Shown here piece after piece: positions 33,199-42,700 of a stretch of 64,000 nucleotides of DNA. The stretch covers positions 146,682 through 210,681 of the forward strand of contig CAWECS010000016.1 of assembly GCA_963807455.1 (NCBI GenBank). The letters run 5' to 3'. Positions within the stretch are counted from its first letter, which is position 1. Each line of letters opens with the position of its first letter. The notes under the pieces were generated by a model. That model was not told the origin of the DNA and did no database searches. It worked only from the letters and a program-made list of their open reading frames with translations. The position numbers and the translations under genes are program-made. The DNA comes from an uncultured Gammaproteobacteria bacterium (GTDB lineage Bacteria; Pseudomonadota; Gammaproteobacteria; JAADHQ01).

Positions 33199-33751
33199 AA
33201 GATCCTCTGACCCTGGCTAATAGTTGAATGGTTTCATCGTTCATATCGACAAACATGCCTTTGGCTTGTACAGAAAGGCCATTACCACTAAGATTAATCT
33301 CGTCATGCGTACTTATCGTGTTATTTTTCGGGCTGATTTGCAAGCTTTCAGTGGTGATAATCACTGGTTCTTTTTGTTCGCTGGAAGATCCTTTTATCAC
33401 GACCTTGCCCTGCAGTAATACCTGATGTCCTCTGGAGCCGACATTACCGCCGTTGGCTTTGAATTGCCAATGTTCATCTGCTGCTCGAAATAGTTCCACA
33501 TTCGGTTTTTTTAGTTGTGTCTGGTCAGTTTCTTCAAAGTGTAGCATGCTATCTGCGCTCAGGTGATATTGCATTTTTCCTGTTTTGTCTATCAGCGTGA
33601 GATTGAAATTCTCAATACTATAGTCAATTTCGCCTTTCAGTTGTGCGCCATCGGGCAGGGCCTGCTCAGAAATTTTTTCAGTCAGTTGTATGCTGAGTGT
33701 CGCCACAAGACTGATGAGAACGAGGAGCAGAAAGGTGCGTAAGCGTGTCAT
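33182..33751 (-). CDS. lptC: LPS export system protein LptC
   Basis: 189 aa with a single N-terminal TM anchor. Position between kdsC and lptA. Confidence 0.7.
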   Translation of the reverse strand: MTRLRTFLLLVLISLVATLSIQLTEKISEQALPDGAQLKGEIDYSIENFNLTLIDKTGKMQYHLSADSMLHFEETDQTQLKKPNVELFRAADEHWQFKANGGNVGSRGHQVLLQGKVVIKGSSSEQKEPVIITTESLQISPKNNTISTHDEINLSGNGLSVQAKGMFVDMNDETIQLLARVRGSYAPQF

Positions 33752-34281
33752 CAGTCTTTATAAAGGTAGCTTTCCAGTTCAGCTTGCAGGCTACCCTGTG
33801 CTTCCATGATCATTTCGCATACATCTCGACCGGCACCGCGGCCTCCAGCACTGGGTGTTTGCCAGTGTGAGTGTTTTATCACCATCGGGTGGGCATCCTG
33901 AACAGCTATGGCCAGGCCTACCTGGCTCATGACGGGTAGGTCAACTACATCATCGCCGACATAGGCACATTCGGCTGGAGTCAGTTGCTTGTTTTTGAGT
34001 AGATCCTGGAAAGCGACTGTTTTGTCATGTTGTCCCTGATAGACAGTTTTGATACCGAGGTCCTTGATGCGATGTTTAACCACTTCTGAAGTACGACCGG
34101 TAATAATGGCAACTTCAACACCGGCCTTTTGTAACATTTTCATGCCGTGACCATCGCGTGAGTTAAAGGCCTTGTATTCCTGCCCATCATCGCCAATGAA
34201 CAATGATCCATCAGTGAGTACGCCATCGACATCAAAAATAACGACCTTGATGGCCCTGGCTTTTTCCAAAATATCTTTCAT
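33751..34281 (-). CDS. kdsC: 3-deoxy-D-manno-octulosonate 8-phosphate phosphatase
   Basis: 176 aa HAD-IIIA protein with the VIFDVDGVLTDG motif. Confidence 0.85.
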   Translation of the reverse strand: MKDILEKARAIKVVIFDVDGVLTDGSLFIGDDGQEYKAFNSRDGHGMKMLQKAGVEVAIITGRTSEVVKHRIKDLGIKTVYQGQHDKTVAFQDLLKNKQLTPAECAYVGDDVVDLPVMSQVGLAIAVQDAHPMVIKHSHWQTPSAGGRGAGRDVCEMIMEAQGSLQAELESYLYKD

Positions 34282-34323
34282 GATAATTGTTTCCAGTTTT
34301 ATATTTTGCTGGTTTGCATCAGA

Positions 34324-35295
34324 TTAAACAACACCTGCTCGTAACAGGTCATGCATATTCAGGGCGCCAACTAGTTGATGCTTCTCATCTGCAACCAATA
34401 GCGCATTGATTTTGTGTTTATCCATCAGTTGCAGGGCCTCGGCGGCGAGCATATCCTTGCGTGCGACTTTACAATGAGAGGTCATAATATCCTTGATGGG
34501 TGTCTTATGTATATCCAGGCCCATATCCAGAGTTCGGCGTAGGTCACCATCAGTAAATATACCGATGATTTTCATTTGCGAGTCAACGATGGCCGTCATG
34601 CCCAGGCTTTTTTGTGTCATTTCCAGTAATGCTTCACCCAGTTGTGCATCGACGCCAATAAACGGTATGGATTCGCCGGTATGCATAATTTGCTCAACAT
34701 GCAGTAACAGTTTGCGGCCCAGGCTGCCACCCGGGTGGGAACGAGCAAAATCTTCAGCAGTAAAACCACGTGCTTCCAGCAGGGCAATGGCCAGTGCATC
34801 CCCCATTGCCAGAGTGGCGGTGGTACTGGATGTTGGCGCAAGATCCAGCGGACAGGCTTCATTCCTGACGCTGACATCAAGGTTCACATCAGCACTGCGC
34901 GCCAGTTCTGATGCCGGATTACCGGTGAGACTCACCAGTGGTACGGCCAGTCTTTTAATCAGTGGCAGGATAGTGAGAATCTCGGCGGTTTCTCCTGAGT
35001 TCGACAACGCTATGACGACGTCTTTGCTGGTAATCATGCCCATATCACCATGGCTGGCTTCACCCGGATGAACAAAAAAAGCAGGGCTGCCAGTGCTGGC
35101 TAACGTGGCGGCGATTTTACCGCCAATATGACCGGATTTCCCCATGCCAATGACAACGATGCGACCTTCGCAGCCGAGCATGATTTCGCAGGCATGATAA
35201 AATTTTTCATCCAGACGATCTATCAAGTCGATAATGGAGTCGGCTTCGGTTTTAAGAACTGCCTTGCCAAGATCAGTGAAATTGAATTTTTTCAT
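34324..35295 (-). CDS. kdsD: Arabinose-5-phosphate isomerase
   Basis: 323 aa. SIS domain (VVIGMGKSGHIG) plus tandem CBS domains. Confidence 0.9.
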   Translation of the reverse strand: MKKFNFTDLGKAVLKTEADSIIDLIDRLDEKFYHACEIMLGCEGRIVVIGMGKSGHIGGKIAATLASTGSPAFFVHPGEASHGDMGMITSKDVVIALSNSGETAEILTILPLIKRLAVPLVSLTGNPASELARSADVNLDVSVRNEACPLDLAPTSSTTATLAMGDALAIALLEARGFTAEDFARSHPGGSLGRKLLLHVEQIMHTGESIPFIGVDAQLGEALLEMTQKSLGMTAIVDSQMKIIGIFTDGDLRRTLDMGLDIHKTPIKDIMTSHCKVARKDMLAAEALQLMDKHKINALLVADEKHQLVGALNMHDLLRAGVV

Positions 35296-35353
35296 GGGCT
35301 TATGGTTTTAATTCAGTAGTGCCAGAGCACATTATACCTGTGCTGATTGATAA

Positions 35354-35554
35354 TTACGCTAGCGGATATCCCAATGCCGTTATTTTATCGATTATTTCTT
35401 CTTTAGAGAGTTCGTGACCGGAAATAGTCACCTGCTTACTGTCAACATCAACATCCACTTTATCAATACCAGATAGTGTCTTAAGACCATCCTGGATAGT
35501 GCTGACGCATCCCATGCATTTAATGTTTTGTGCCTTGAATTCGATAGTTTCCAT
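35354..35554 (-). CDS. Heavy-metal-associated (HMA) domain protein, CopZ-like metallochaperone
   Basis: 66 aa ferredoxin-like fold with a CxxC metal site (KCMGCVSTI) at the expected position. Confidence 0.6.
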   Translation of the reverse strand: METIEFKAQNIKCMGCVSTIQDGLKTLSGIDKVDVDVDSKQVTISGHELSKEEIIDKITALGYPLA

Positions 35555-35568
35555 TTGTATTCTCGCTA

Positions 35569-36537
35569 TTAATGAGTGCTCGAAAAATAAAGCACGATCT
35601 GGTAGGCAATAAAAATGGAGAACAGAATGCCACCCTCAATGCGGTTGATTTTACCAGGTGTCCTGAAGCCATAGGACATGGCAAACAGCAAAATAGTCAG
35701 TGTAATCATTACCGGGAAATCACGTTCCAGAATACCCGCCGGCACTGGTCCTGGTCGGAAAACGCCGGGTATTCCCAATACGGCCAACAGGTTAAACATG
35801 TTGGATCCAATAATATTACCGATGGCAATATCATGCTCTTTTTTGTAGGCACTCATCAACGAGGCCGCTAACTCCGGCAAGCTGGTGCCGATGGCGACAA
35901 TGGTCAAGCCGATGATGACATCGCTGACCCCCAATGCGGTAGCAATAGTAACAGCACCATTCACCAATAGCTTGGAACCCAATAGCAACATCAGCAGTCC
36001 AACCAAAAACCACGCGCTGGCTTTGGCAGTGGTAATGCCGGTCGGGATCTCATCCTCAAATTCCTGCACAATCGGGTCTGTTTTGCGTGAACGCAGTCCC
36101 AGCATAGTGATGGTGTATATAATCAATACCATACCAGCGAGTAAAATGATGCCGTCAATTCTGCTGAAGTGACCATCCATGAACAGCACCAGCGTGCCCA
36201 GAGTGATGGCAAGTAACACCGGATATTCACGTCTCAGTGTTTCAGATTTAACAGTGAGGGGGATAATCAAGCCGGTAAAGCCAAGCACCAGCGCAATGTT
36301 AGCAATGTTTGAGCCTAAGGCATTACCGATAGCCAATCCCGGGTTGCCATCATAGGACGCAACCGCAGAAATCAGTATCTCCGGTGCTGAGGTGCCAAAG
36401 CCAACGATAGTCAATCCAATGATCAGTGGGCTGACGCCGAGGTTACTGGCCAGCGCTGAAGCACCCATGACAAAGCGGTCGGCTCCCCACAACAGGATCA
36501 CTAAACCGGCAATTATTATTAGAATATTCTCAAACAT
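35569..36537 (-). CDS. yrbG: Ca2+/Na+ antiporter family (CaCA) inner-membrane protein YrbG
   Basis: 322 aa with two internally repeated halves, each carrying the alpha-repeat (GTSAPE... / GTSLPE...). Adjacent to kdsD as in E. coli. Confidence 0.85.
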   Translation of the reverse strand: MFENILIIIAGLVILLWGADRFVMGASALASNLGVSPLIIGLTIVGFGTSAPEILISAVASYDGNPGLAIGNALGSNIANIALVLGFTGLIIPLTVKSETLRREYPVLLAITLGTLVLFMDGHFSRIDGIILLAGMVLIIYTITMLGLRSRKTDPIVQEFEDEIPTGITTAKASAWFLVGLLMLLLGSKLLVNGAVTIATALGVSDVIIGLTIVAIGTSLPELAASLMSAYKKEHDIAIGNIIGSNMFNLLAVLGIPGVFRPGPVPAGILERDFPVMITLTILLFAMSYGFRTPGKINRIEGGILFSIFIAYQIVLYFSSTH

Positions 36538-36567
36538 AGGGTGTATTTCTTCTTTTTCGGGTTAGGG

Positions 36568-36753
36568 TTAAGTGCTCTTTACCCGGGTGGCTCCGCATCT
36601 TGTACAGCGAAAGCGGGTGACCAGACGGCCTTTTTTGACATCAAAGCCCATTTTTTTATCCTCGACCCATTTGTGGAAATTATGCTTGCACAGGGTTTTC
36701 CCCTTGTGCTTTTCACCGGGTTTGGGCTTTTTAAATGCTAAGATGTCGGCCAT
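36568..36753 (-). CDS. Small lysine-rich zinc-ribbon protein, hypothetical
   Basis: 61 aa with C...H..H...CxxC spacing. Two overlapping plus-strand ORFs in the same span are rejected as less likely. Not recognised. Confidence 0.35.
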   Translation of the reverse strand: MADILAFKKPKPGEKHKGKTLCKHNFHKWVEDKKMGFDVKKGRLVTRFRCTRCGATRVKST

Positions 36754-36897
36754 GCGCTATTATGGCGTTTCCGTAATCCCGGTACAAGTTTGCCGCTCGG
36801 ATTTGATGATGACACAGCCCCTGATCCAGCCTGCATTCAGGAATGTTTAAACAGTGGTATTAAGCCAATACTGATTTTAATTAAAAACTATAGCCCT

Positions 36898-37527
36898 ATG
36901 ACAAAAGACCGTATTGAAACCGGATCCCTTGGATGGACCCATGCCGCCTGGGACAATGATTATTACCCGGAAGATCTGCCAGAAGACTGGCGTCTTGATT
37001 ATTATAGTCATCATTTTCAGTTTGTATTAATGCAGACAGATGAATGGTTGCATGTCAGTCAGGGTGATATTCAGCAATGGCTTGAAGATGTTAACGAAAC
37101 TTTCACCTTTTTTCTGGCCATACGGCCCGAAGCAATCGACAGCGCAGCCATTGAGCAAATTGGTAATATCAAGGCAGGACTGGGAGATCGCTTGTGTGGC
37201 CTGGTTATCCTGCAAGTGGATGACAGTCTTCCTGAGTCAATCATTAAGTCATTGACGGAGTTGACGACAGTTTATCTGGACACAGATCAGTTCGCAGATT
37301 TACCTGCAGGTACAAAACCTTGTTGGCGCAATGAGCGTGAGGTGTCTGACTGTATTATCGGCTTTATGCGCCCGGAAGTAGCAAAAGATATGCGTGCCAT
37401 GCGTGCACAAATCGAGGTTTTCCTGCAGCAATGCAAGGCGAAACCGCTTTATCTGATCTACGAAGGTCAGGCGCCTGCAACTAAAGCCATGCAGGATGCG
37501 CAGGTAATTATACAAATGTTGGCCTAG
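36898..37527 (+). CDS. DUF72-family protein, hypothetical
   Basis: Start moved to the internal Met (MTKDRIETGSLGWTHAAW...). The N-terminal GxxGWxxxxW....YYP pattern and overall length resemble DUF72 (YecE-like). Assignment is from memory. Confidence 0.5.
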   Translation: MTKDRIETGSLGWTHAAWDNDYYPEDLPEDWRLDYYSHHFQFVLMQTDEWLHVSQGDIQQWLEDVNETFTFFLAIRPEAIDSAAIEQIGNIKAGLGDRLCGLVILQVDDSLPESIIKSLTELTTVYLDTDQFADLPAGTKPCWRNEREVSDCIIGFMRPEVAKDMRAMRAQIEVFLQQCKAKPLYLIYEGQAPATKAMQDAQVIIQMLA

Positions 37528-37623
37528 TAGTATTGTTACTCTGGCGATGCTCACTGCACATATGTTAGTAATCGAAATATCGATGCTGGCAAATTACTAT
37601 TGATCAAAATGACTTTAGTGTCT

Positions 37624-38472
37624 TCAGTATAGCAAAGAAGCCATTTTTTTACGGTATTGTGACACCAGCTCTCCACTGTTGCCAAGCATCTCAAAAATCT
37701 TGATCATGTCCTTGCGGCCGATATCTTCATCATATTGTCGGTCGCGTTTCATAATTTCAAGCAGCTGTTCCAGCGCACCGGCAAAATTACCATTAGCCAG
37801 GTACACGACACTGAGCTGATGACGGGCGTGACAATCATCAGGGTTTTCATTCACGGCTTTAATAAAGTCTTCAGCATCGCCGAGATCATCCGCGACCGCC
37901 ATGACTTCAAGGCGGCTCAATAATCCAGCTACATCCGCTCGCTCTTTAACCTCCGCTGGCAGCGCCTGTAAAATTGCTTTGGCGTCCTCGTATTGTTCCT
38001 CTTGCAGTAACACATCTACATACAACAGGCGGATATTGTTATTATGAGGGTCATTATTAATGATCTCGATCATCTCATCTCGGGCGCTCTGATCACCCGT
38101 ATTGTATTTTTCCAGTGCGGCAGCCATCAATGCATCGGATTTAGAGGCTATGTGTTTTGATAACAAGTCCCTGATGTCTGACTCCGGGATGGCGCCCATG
38201 AATTCATCCACTATCTGACCTTGCTTGATCAGTTTAACCGTCGGTACACTGCGTACTGCAAATTGCTGTGCCAGTTGCTGCTGCTCATCAATATTGACTT
38301 TCGCCAGCTTGAAGCTTCCCTGGTACTCATCAGCGAGCTTTTCCAGTACCGGCATCAAGCTCTTGCAGGGGCCACACCAGGGCGCCCAGAAATCTATCAT
38401 TACAGGCGTTTCATTCGATGCTTCCATAACGTCTTGGCTGAAGGTTTCCAGGGTGGTTTCAAAACTATGCAT
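37624..38472 (-). CDS. ybbN: Thioredoxin-domain co-chaperone with C-terminal TPR region (YbbN/CnoX-like)
   Basis: 282 aa. N-terminal thioredoxin fold with an intact WCGPC site, followed by a TPR-like helical domain. Confidence 0.8.
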   Translation of the reverse strand: MHSFETTLETFSQDVMEASNETPVMIDFWAPWCGPCKSLMPVLEKLADEYQGSFKLAKVNIDEQQQLAQQFAVRSVPTVKLIKQGQIVDEFMGAIPESDIRDLLSKHIASKSDALMAAALEKYNTGDQSARDEMIEIINNDPHNNNIRLLYVDVLLQEEQYEDAKAILQALPAEVKERADVAGLLSRLEVMAVADDLGDAEDFIKAVNENPDDCHARHQLSVVYLANGNFAGALEQLLEIMKRDRQYDEDIGRKDMIKIFEMLGNSGELVSQYRKKMASLLY

Positions 38473-38885
38473 GCTGAATTCTCATCAATTAAAGCGGATT
38501 TATTATATCAAGTCAGGATAACATGATTTCAAGGAAGTCAGGTGATTGGCCCAAAGCCAATGTATACCATGCAGGCTTGTCATTTGCCCCAGTAGTATCA
38601 GAGTTAAACCAGGCGCTGGCTTGTTGTGACGGAAAGGGAAGCAACAGGCGCAGAATAATAAGTCTCGTTGGCAAAAAAGCCATTAAGACGGGTCTCTAAC
38701 AATGAGAGATCATGATGACAAATCATATAAACAACTGAGCTGTTTAATGGCTACCACCCGTGCTCTTCGGAACAATGTTGATGCTGCAGTTTGCCGGGTT
38801 TGTTGCTGACAAGATAACTGATTGTAGTTTATTCAGCCCAGAAGCATGTCACTACCTGATATATTACTAATAAAGATAATAATAA

Positions 38886-39030
38886 TTATCATTATAGGTT
38901 ATATATGCTTATAATGATAAGATTATTTATCATTGTATTTGCAACAACACCTTTTATAGCCTATTATGTATATAAATATAATCATTATAGGTTAATAACC
39001 CTTATTAAGGTAATTATAATTATCATTATG
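38886..39030. promoter_or_regulatory. Array of TTATCATTAT-type operator-like repeats upstream of, and overlapping the start codon of, the hipB-like gene
   Basis: Two half-sites form an inverted repeat: TTATCATTAT (38886-38895) and ATAATGATAA (38911-38920), 15 bp apart. Further copies are at 38927-38934 (TTATCATT), 38980-38989 (AATCATTAT) and 39019-39029 (TTATCATTATG, overlapping the ATG). A 14-of-15 identical extended copy, ATCATTATAGGTTA, occurs twice. The surrounding spacer is highly AT-rich. Confidence 0.45.
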
Positions 39031-39378
39031 AAATTTGAAGCAATGACAAATGAATCGATTGCCGCAGAAATCGGTCAGCGAATCGAGCAAATGCGTTTGG
39101 AGCAGAATCTGACACAACAGCAACTGGCTGATGAGATTGGCCTGTCGCGTGTGAGTTATCGGAAACTGGTCGGTGGTGCGGGTAAATTTGAAAATATTAT
39201 TGCCGTACTGCGTGCTTTAGGTCGACTGGATTTAGTTGAGCAATTCGTACCCGAGACCGTATTCAGCCCGATGGAGCAATTAAAACTCAAGGGTAAACAA
39301 CGCCAGCGTGCAACAGGAGCGCATGCGCAAAAAGGGGGAAGTCATAGCCGTCAACAAAAACCTGGTCTGGACTGGTAA
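39028..39378 (+). CDS. hipB: HTH XRE-family transcriptional regulator, HipB-like antitoxin
   Basis: Helix-turn-helix LTQQQLADEIGLSRVSYRKL. The stop overlaps the hipA start (TAATG). The ORF-track start at 38905 adds a low-complexity 41-aa leader translated from AT-rich DNA that I consider spurious. An alternative start is ATG 39043. Confidence 0.7.
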   Translation: MKFEAMTNESIAAEIGQRIEQMRLEQNLTQQQLADEIGLSRVSYRKLVGGAGKFENIIAVLRALGRLDLVEQFVPETVFSPMEQLKLKGKQRQRATGAHAQKGGSHSRQQKPGLDW

Positions 39379-40688
39379 TGCAAAACCTGGCAGAAGTGCG
39401 ACTATGGGGTGAATTGCTGGGCGCCTTGCTGTATGACCCCGTCACAAAAATCAGCACCTTTGAATATGCGCCAGCCTGGGTGAACCAGGGCGTGGAAATT
39501 GCCCCTCTGTGGATGCCACTGTCGAGCAGAAAATATCAATTCCCCGGTTTAAATCCTGAGACTTATAAGGGTTTGCCAGCCGTGTTCTCGGATGTGTTGC
39601 CCGATGATTTCGGTAATGCGGTTATTAATGCATGGTTGGCCAGGCAGGGAAGAGATGCTGATTCATTTACTTCACTGGAGCGTTTACTTTATATCGGCAA
39701 CCGTGGCATGGGCGCGATTGAGTTTGAACCGGCCATTTCGAATAATATCGCAAGTAGTGAAAAAATTGAGCTGGCCTCATTAGTTGAAATGGCACAGAGG
39801 ATTTTAGACCAGCGCGCCAATCTATCCAAAAAACTATTACCGGAAAAATCCAATAACGATGCGATGTCAGGATTATTCCAGGTCGGGACCTCAGCCGGAG
39901 GAGCACGTGCCAAAGCACTGGTCGCGGTGAACGCGGACAGAACTCAATTACGATCAGGTCAAGTAGATGCGCCAACAGGTTTTGAGCATTACTTGCTGAA
40001 ATTTGACGGTGTAGAAGAGCATAAAGTAAATAGCGAAGTTTTTGGCGACCCCAAGGGCTTTGGACGCATGGAATATGCTTATTATCTGATGGCGGTGGAT
40101 GCAGGGATTAACATGCCACCATCAGAGTTGTTAATAGAAGGTGAGAGAGCCCATTTTATGACAAAACGCTTTGATCGTGATGGCAATAATAAAATCCAAT
40201 ACGTGTCTTTATGCGCCATGGATCATGCTGATTACAAAAAACCAGGTGCTTATAGTTATGAGCAATTATTATCTGTGGCAAGACAATTAAGGCTGCCGAG
40301 GAATGATGCAATAGAGATTTATCGCCGTATGGTTTTTAACGTCGTCGCTAGAAATCATGACGATCATTCCAAGAATATCGGTTTCTTGTTGCCTGCTATG
40401 CAAAGCCAGTGGCGCTTATCTCCGGCGTTTGATCTGGCCTATAGTTATAAAAAAGGTTCCCCCTGGGTCAATTCACATCAAATGAGTTTGAATGGCAAAC
40501 GCGATGACTTTGTTCGTGATGATTTATTAGCCGTTGGTGCGCTCATTGGTAATTTCAGCAAAAAGTCCAGAGAAATTATTGATGAAGTCATCGCGGTAGT
40601 AGATAACTGGAATGGCTATGCGCAACAAGCTGGAGTGTTTGAGAGTCTTGCAGAAGTCATCAGGAAAAATCACAGACGATTGCTTTAA
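39378..40688 (+). CDS. hipA: HipA-family serine/threonine kinase toxin (type II TA)
   Basis: 436 aa. HipA_N coupling domain and a C-terminal kinase core with the catalytic-loop motif VARNHDDHSKNIGFLL (the HipA NxDDHxKN pattern). Translationally coupled to hipB. Confidence 0.85.
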   Translation: MQNLAEVRLWGELLGALLYDPVTKISTFEYAPAWVNQGVEIAPLWMPLSSRKYQFPGLNPETYKGLPAVFSDVLPDDFGNAVINAWLARQGRDADSFTSLERLLYIGNRGMGAIEFEPAISNNIASSEKIELASLVEMAQRILDQRANLSKKLLPEKSNNDAMSGLFQVGTSAGGARAKALVAVNADRTQLRSGQVDAPTGFEHYLLKFDGVEEHKVNSEVFGDPKGFGRMEYAYYLMAVDAGINMPPSELLIEGERAHFMTKRFDRDGNNKIQYVSLCAMDHADYKKPGAYSYEQLLSVARQLRLPRNDAIEIYRRMVFNVVARNHDDHSKNIGFLLPAMQSQWRLSPAFDLAYSYKKGSPWVNSHQMSLNGKRDDFVRDDLLAVGALIGNFSKKSREIIDEVIAVVDNWNGYAQQAGVFESLAEVIRKNHRRLL

Positions 40689-41005
40689 GTGCAATTAATA
40701 ATGATCCTCTAGCGTCAATTTTCTCTGATTAAATTACGTTACGATATATCTAACACTTCATCATCAATAATAAAAAATATTACTATCACACTAATAAAGC
40801 ATACTGGCTGGCAAATCTTTGCTCGTCGATGCTTGGGTTTGTTTTGTTTAAAATAACAAATGATATTTAAACATAAATTATAATTATTATAGTCGATGTC
40901 ATCATAGATAAATTGCGTATTATATTTTATAAAGTGTGAACTAAAGCTTTCCTTTAATTTATTTTTTTTGCTAGACTCTGCGTTGAAATTTATAAAGGAC
41001 TATAT

Positions 41006-42700
41006 ATGAAACTTATTAATAACACTTCATTATTTGCATGGAAGCTAAAACCAGTTTTCCTCGCAATGAGCATCGCCCTGACGGGTTGTTACGAAACAAC
41101 CGAAAAAACAACTTACCTTGATCAAGGTTGGGATGATCAAAATCAGTACAGGGAAATTTCATATAACCTGTCGCAAGGATCCAATTTGATACCTTACGAT
41201 TGGTACCTGGCACTGGAAATACCTTATTTAGCAATACCACTTAACTCAAAAGAAGTGGCAGAAACCCTGCGTTATCTGTCGACCGACATCGCCACAGAGC
41301 GAAACCCTGACAAACTGCCTGTTGGTTTTGTGAAAAATATTGACGCAGATAACAAAGCATGGATCGGCCTCACCTGTGCTGCATGCCATACGAGTCAGAT
41401 CAACTATAAAGGAACAGGTGTCCGTATTGATGGTGGCCCGGCCATGGGGGATTTTATTACCCTGTTGAAGCTGGTGAAGAAAAGTATTGCAGATACTTTG
41501 GATAACGAAAACAAGTTTGAACGTTTCGCATCCAAACTCTATGGCCAGGATTGGTCAGCGCAAACGGAAACACTCAAGCTTGAAATGGAAACCATGAAGC
41601 AAAAGGTGTCGGGTATTATTGAGCGCAATGACAGCATAGTTGAGTCGGGCTATGGCCGCGTGGATGCATTTGGCTCCATTGGCAATGAAATTTTTGTCGA
41701 TGATCTTGGTATACCCAGTAACTTCAGTCAGGCTAATGCGCCCGCTGATTATCCTTTTCTTTGGGATACTCCGAACCTTGAACGGGTGCAATGGGCAGGT
41801 AATGTCGAAAATCCCTTTGGTCGTAATATTGGTGAAGTATATGGAGTCTTTGGTGAGGTTAACCTGACTGACCCCGCGCATCTTTTTACCAGTTCGGTCA
41901 AGTACAGGAATATCTTTCAACTGGAAGAAATGTTGCGTGTACTTAAATCGCCAAAATGGCCTGAATCTATTCTTAAAAAAATTAACAACAAAAAAGCCGG
42001 TCGTGGTGAAGTCATTTATAACACTGCGGATGCCTATGGTTACACCTGTGTCAGCTGCCACACTCTGCCCGATAGCAATGGTCAGTATCCATTGACCCCG
42101 GCCGAGGACAATCTGTTCAATAAACAATTTATTAAAACCTATAATATTCCGTTGGATGAGATTGGCACTGATCCCAATACCGCTGATGAGATATTTCAAT
42201 CACCATTAGTAGATGTTGGTCCAATACTGTCCAATATTTTTGGCCAGCAATTCTTGCCACGTACTTTTGCGCAAAGCGCCGTCGTAGGTCTTACGGTTAG
42301 AAAAGCATTTGAAGAAATACAGCCGCCACTGACTGACATTGAAAAGGCAGCCTATAGTGGATTTCGTATTTATGCGCCGGGCAAGGAACCTGAAGCTGAT
42401 TTTTCCGGTTATAAAGCGCGACCGTTAAATGGTATATGGGCGACTGCTCCTTACTTGCATAATGGTTCAGTAAGAACGCTCTCCATGTTGTTAACAGAAT
42501 CAGCTTTGCGAGAAAAGAGTTTCTGGAAAGGAACCCGCGAATTTGATCCAAAGAATGTTGGATTCAAATCAAAGAAGAGTGCGGCTGCACAATGGTTTGA
42601 TGCGACCCAGCCTGGTAATTTGAACAGTGGACATGACTACGGCACATCATTTAGCCAGCGTGAAAAATCAGACTTGATTGAGTTTCTGAAAACATTATAG
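41006..42700 (+). CDS. Di-heme c-type cytochrome lipoprotein (putative periplasmic peroxidase/oxidoreductase)
   Basis: 564 aa. Signal peptide with lipobox LTGC and two CxxCH heme-binding motifs (GLTCAACHTSQ, YTCVSCHTLPD) about 225 residues apart. This is larger than classical CCP/MauG. Family not assigned. Confidence 0.65.
   Translation: MKLINNTSLFAWKLKPVFLAMSIALTGCYETTEKTTYLDQGWDDQNQYREISYNLSQGSNLIPYDWYLALEIPYLAIPLNSKEVAETLRYLSTDIATERNPDKLPVGFVKNIDADNKAWIGLTCAACHTSQINYKGTGVRIDGGPAMGDFITLLKLVKKSIADTLDNENKFERFASKLYGQDWSAQTETLKLEMETMKQKVSGIIERNDSIVESGYGRVDAFGSIGNEIFVDDLGIPSNFSQANAPADYPFLWDTPNLERVQWAGNVENPFGRNIGEVYGVFGEVNLTDPAHLFTSSVKYRNIFQLEEMLRVLKSPKWPESILKKINNKKAGRGEVIYNTADAYGYTCVSCHTLPDSNGQYPLTPAEDNLFNKQFIKTYNIPLDEIGTDPNTADEIFQSPLVDVGPILSNIFGQQFLPRTFAQSAVVGLTVRKAFEEIQPPLTDIEKAAYSGFRIYAPGKEPEADFSGYKARPLNGIWATAPYLHNGSVRTLSMLLTESALREKSFWKGTREFDPKNVGFKSKKSAAAQWFDATQPGNLNSGHDYGTSFSQREKSDLIEFLKTL

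Noticed and set aside
36541-36850. Two plus-strand ORFs (36541-36741, 36572-36850) overlapping the small zinc-ribbon gene
   Set aside because: They are mutually overlapping and antisense to a more plausible Cys/Lys-rich zinc-ribbon ORF. The second would also run into the DUF72 promoter region. Neither has recognisable features.
38905-39027. ORF-track N-terminal extension of the hipB-like gene (MLIMIRLFIIVFATTPFIAYYVYKYNHYRLITLIKVIIIII…)
   Set aside because: It is translated from the AT-rich operator/promoter array and is low-complexity Ile/Tyr-rich. The conserved HTH protein begins at the downstream Met (39028 or 39043).
41006-42700. Calling the di-heme protein a classical cytochrome c peroxidase (CCP/MauG)
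   Set aside because: The heme-motif spacing (about 225 aa) and total length (564 aa) do not fit the roughly 145-aa spacing of the CCP family. I kept the generic description.
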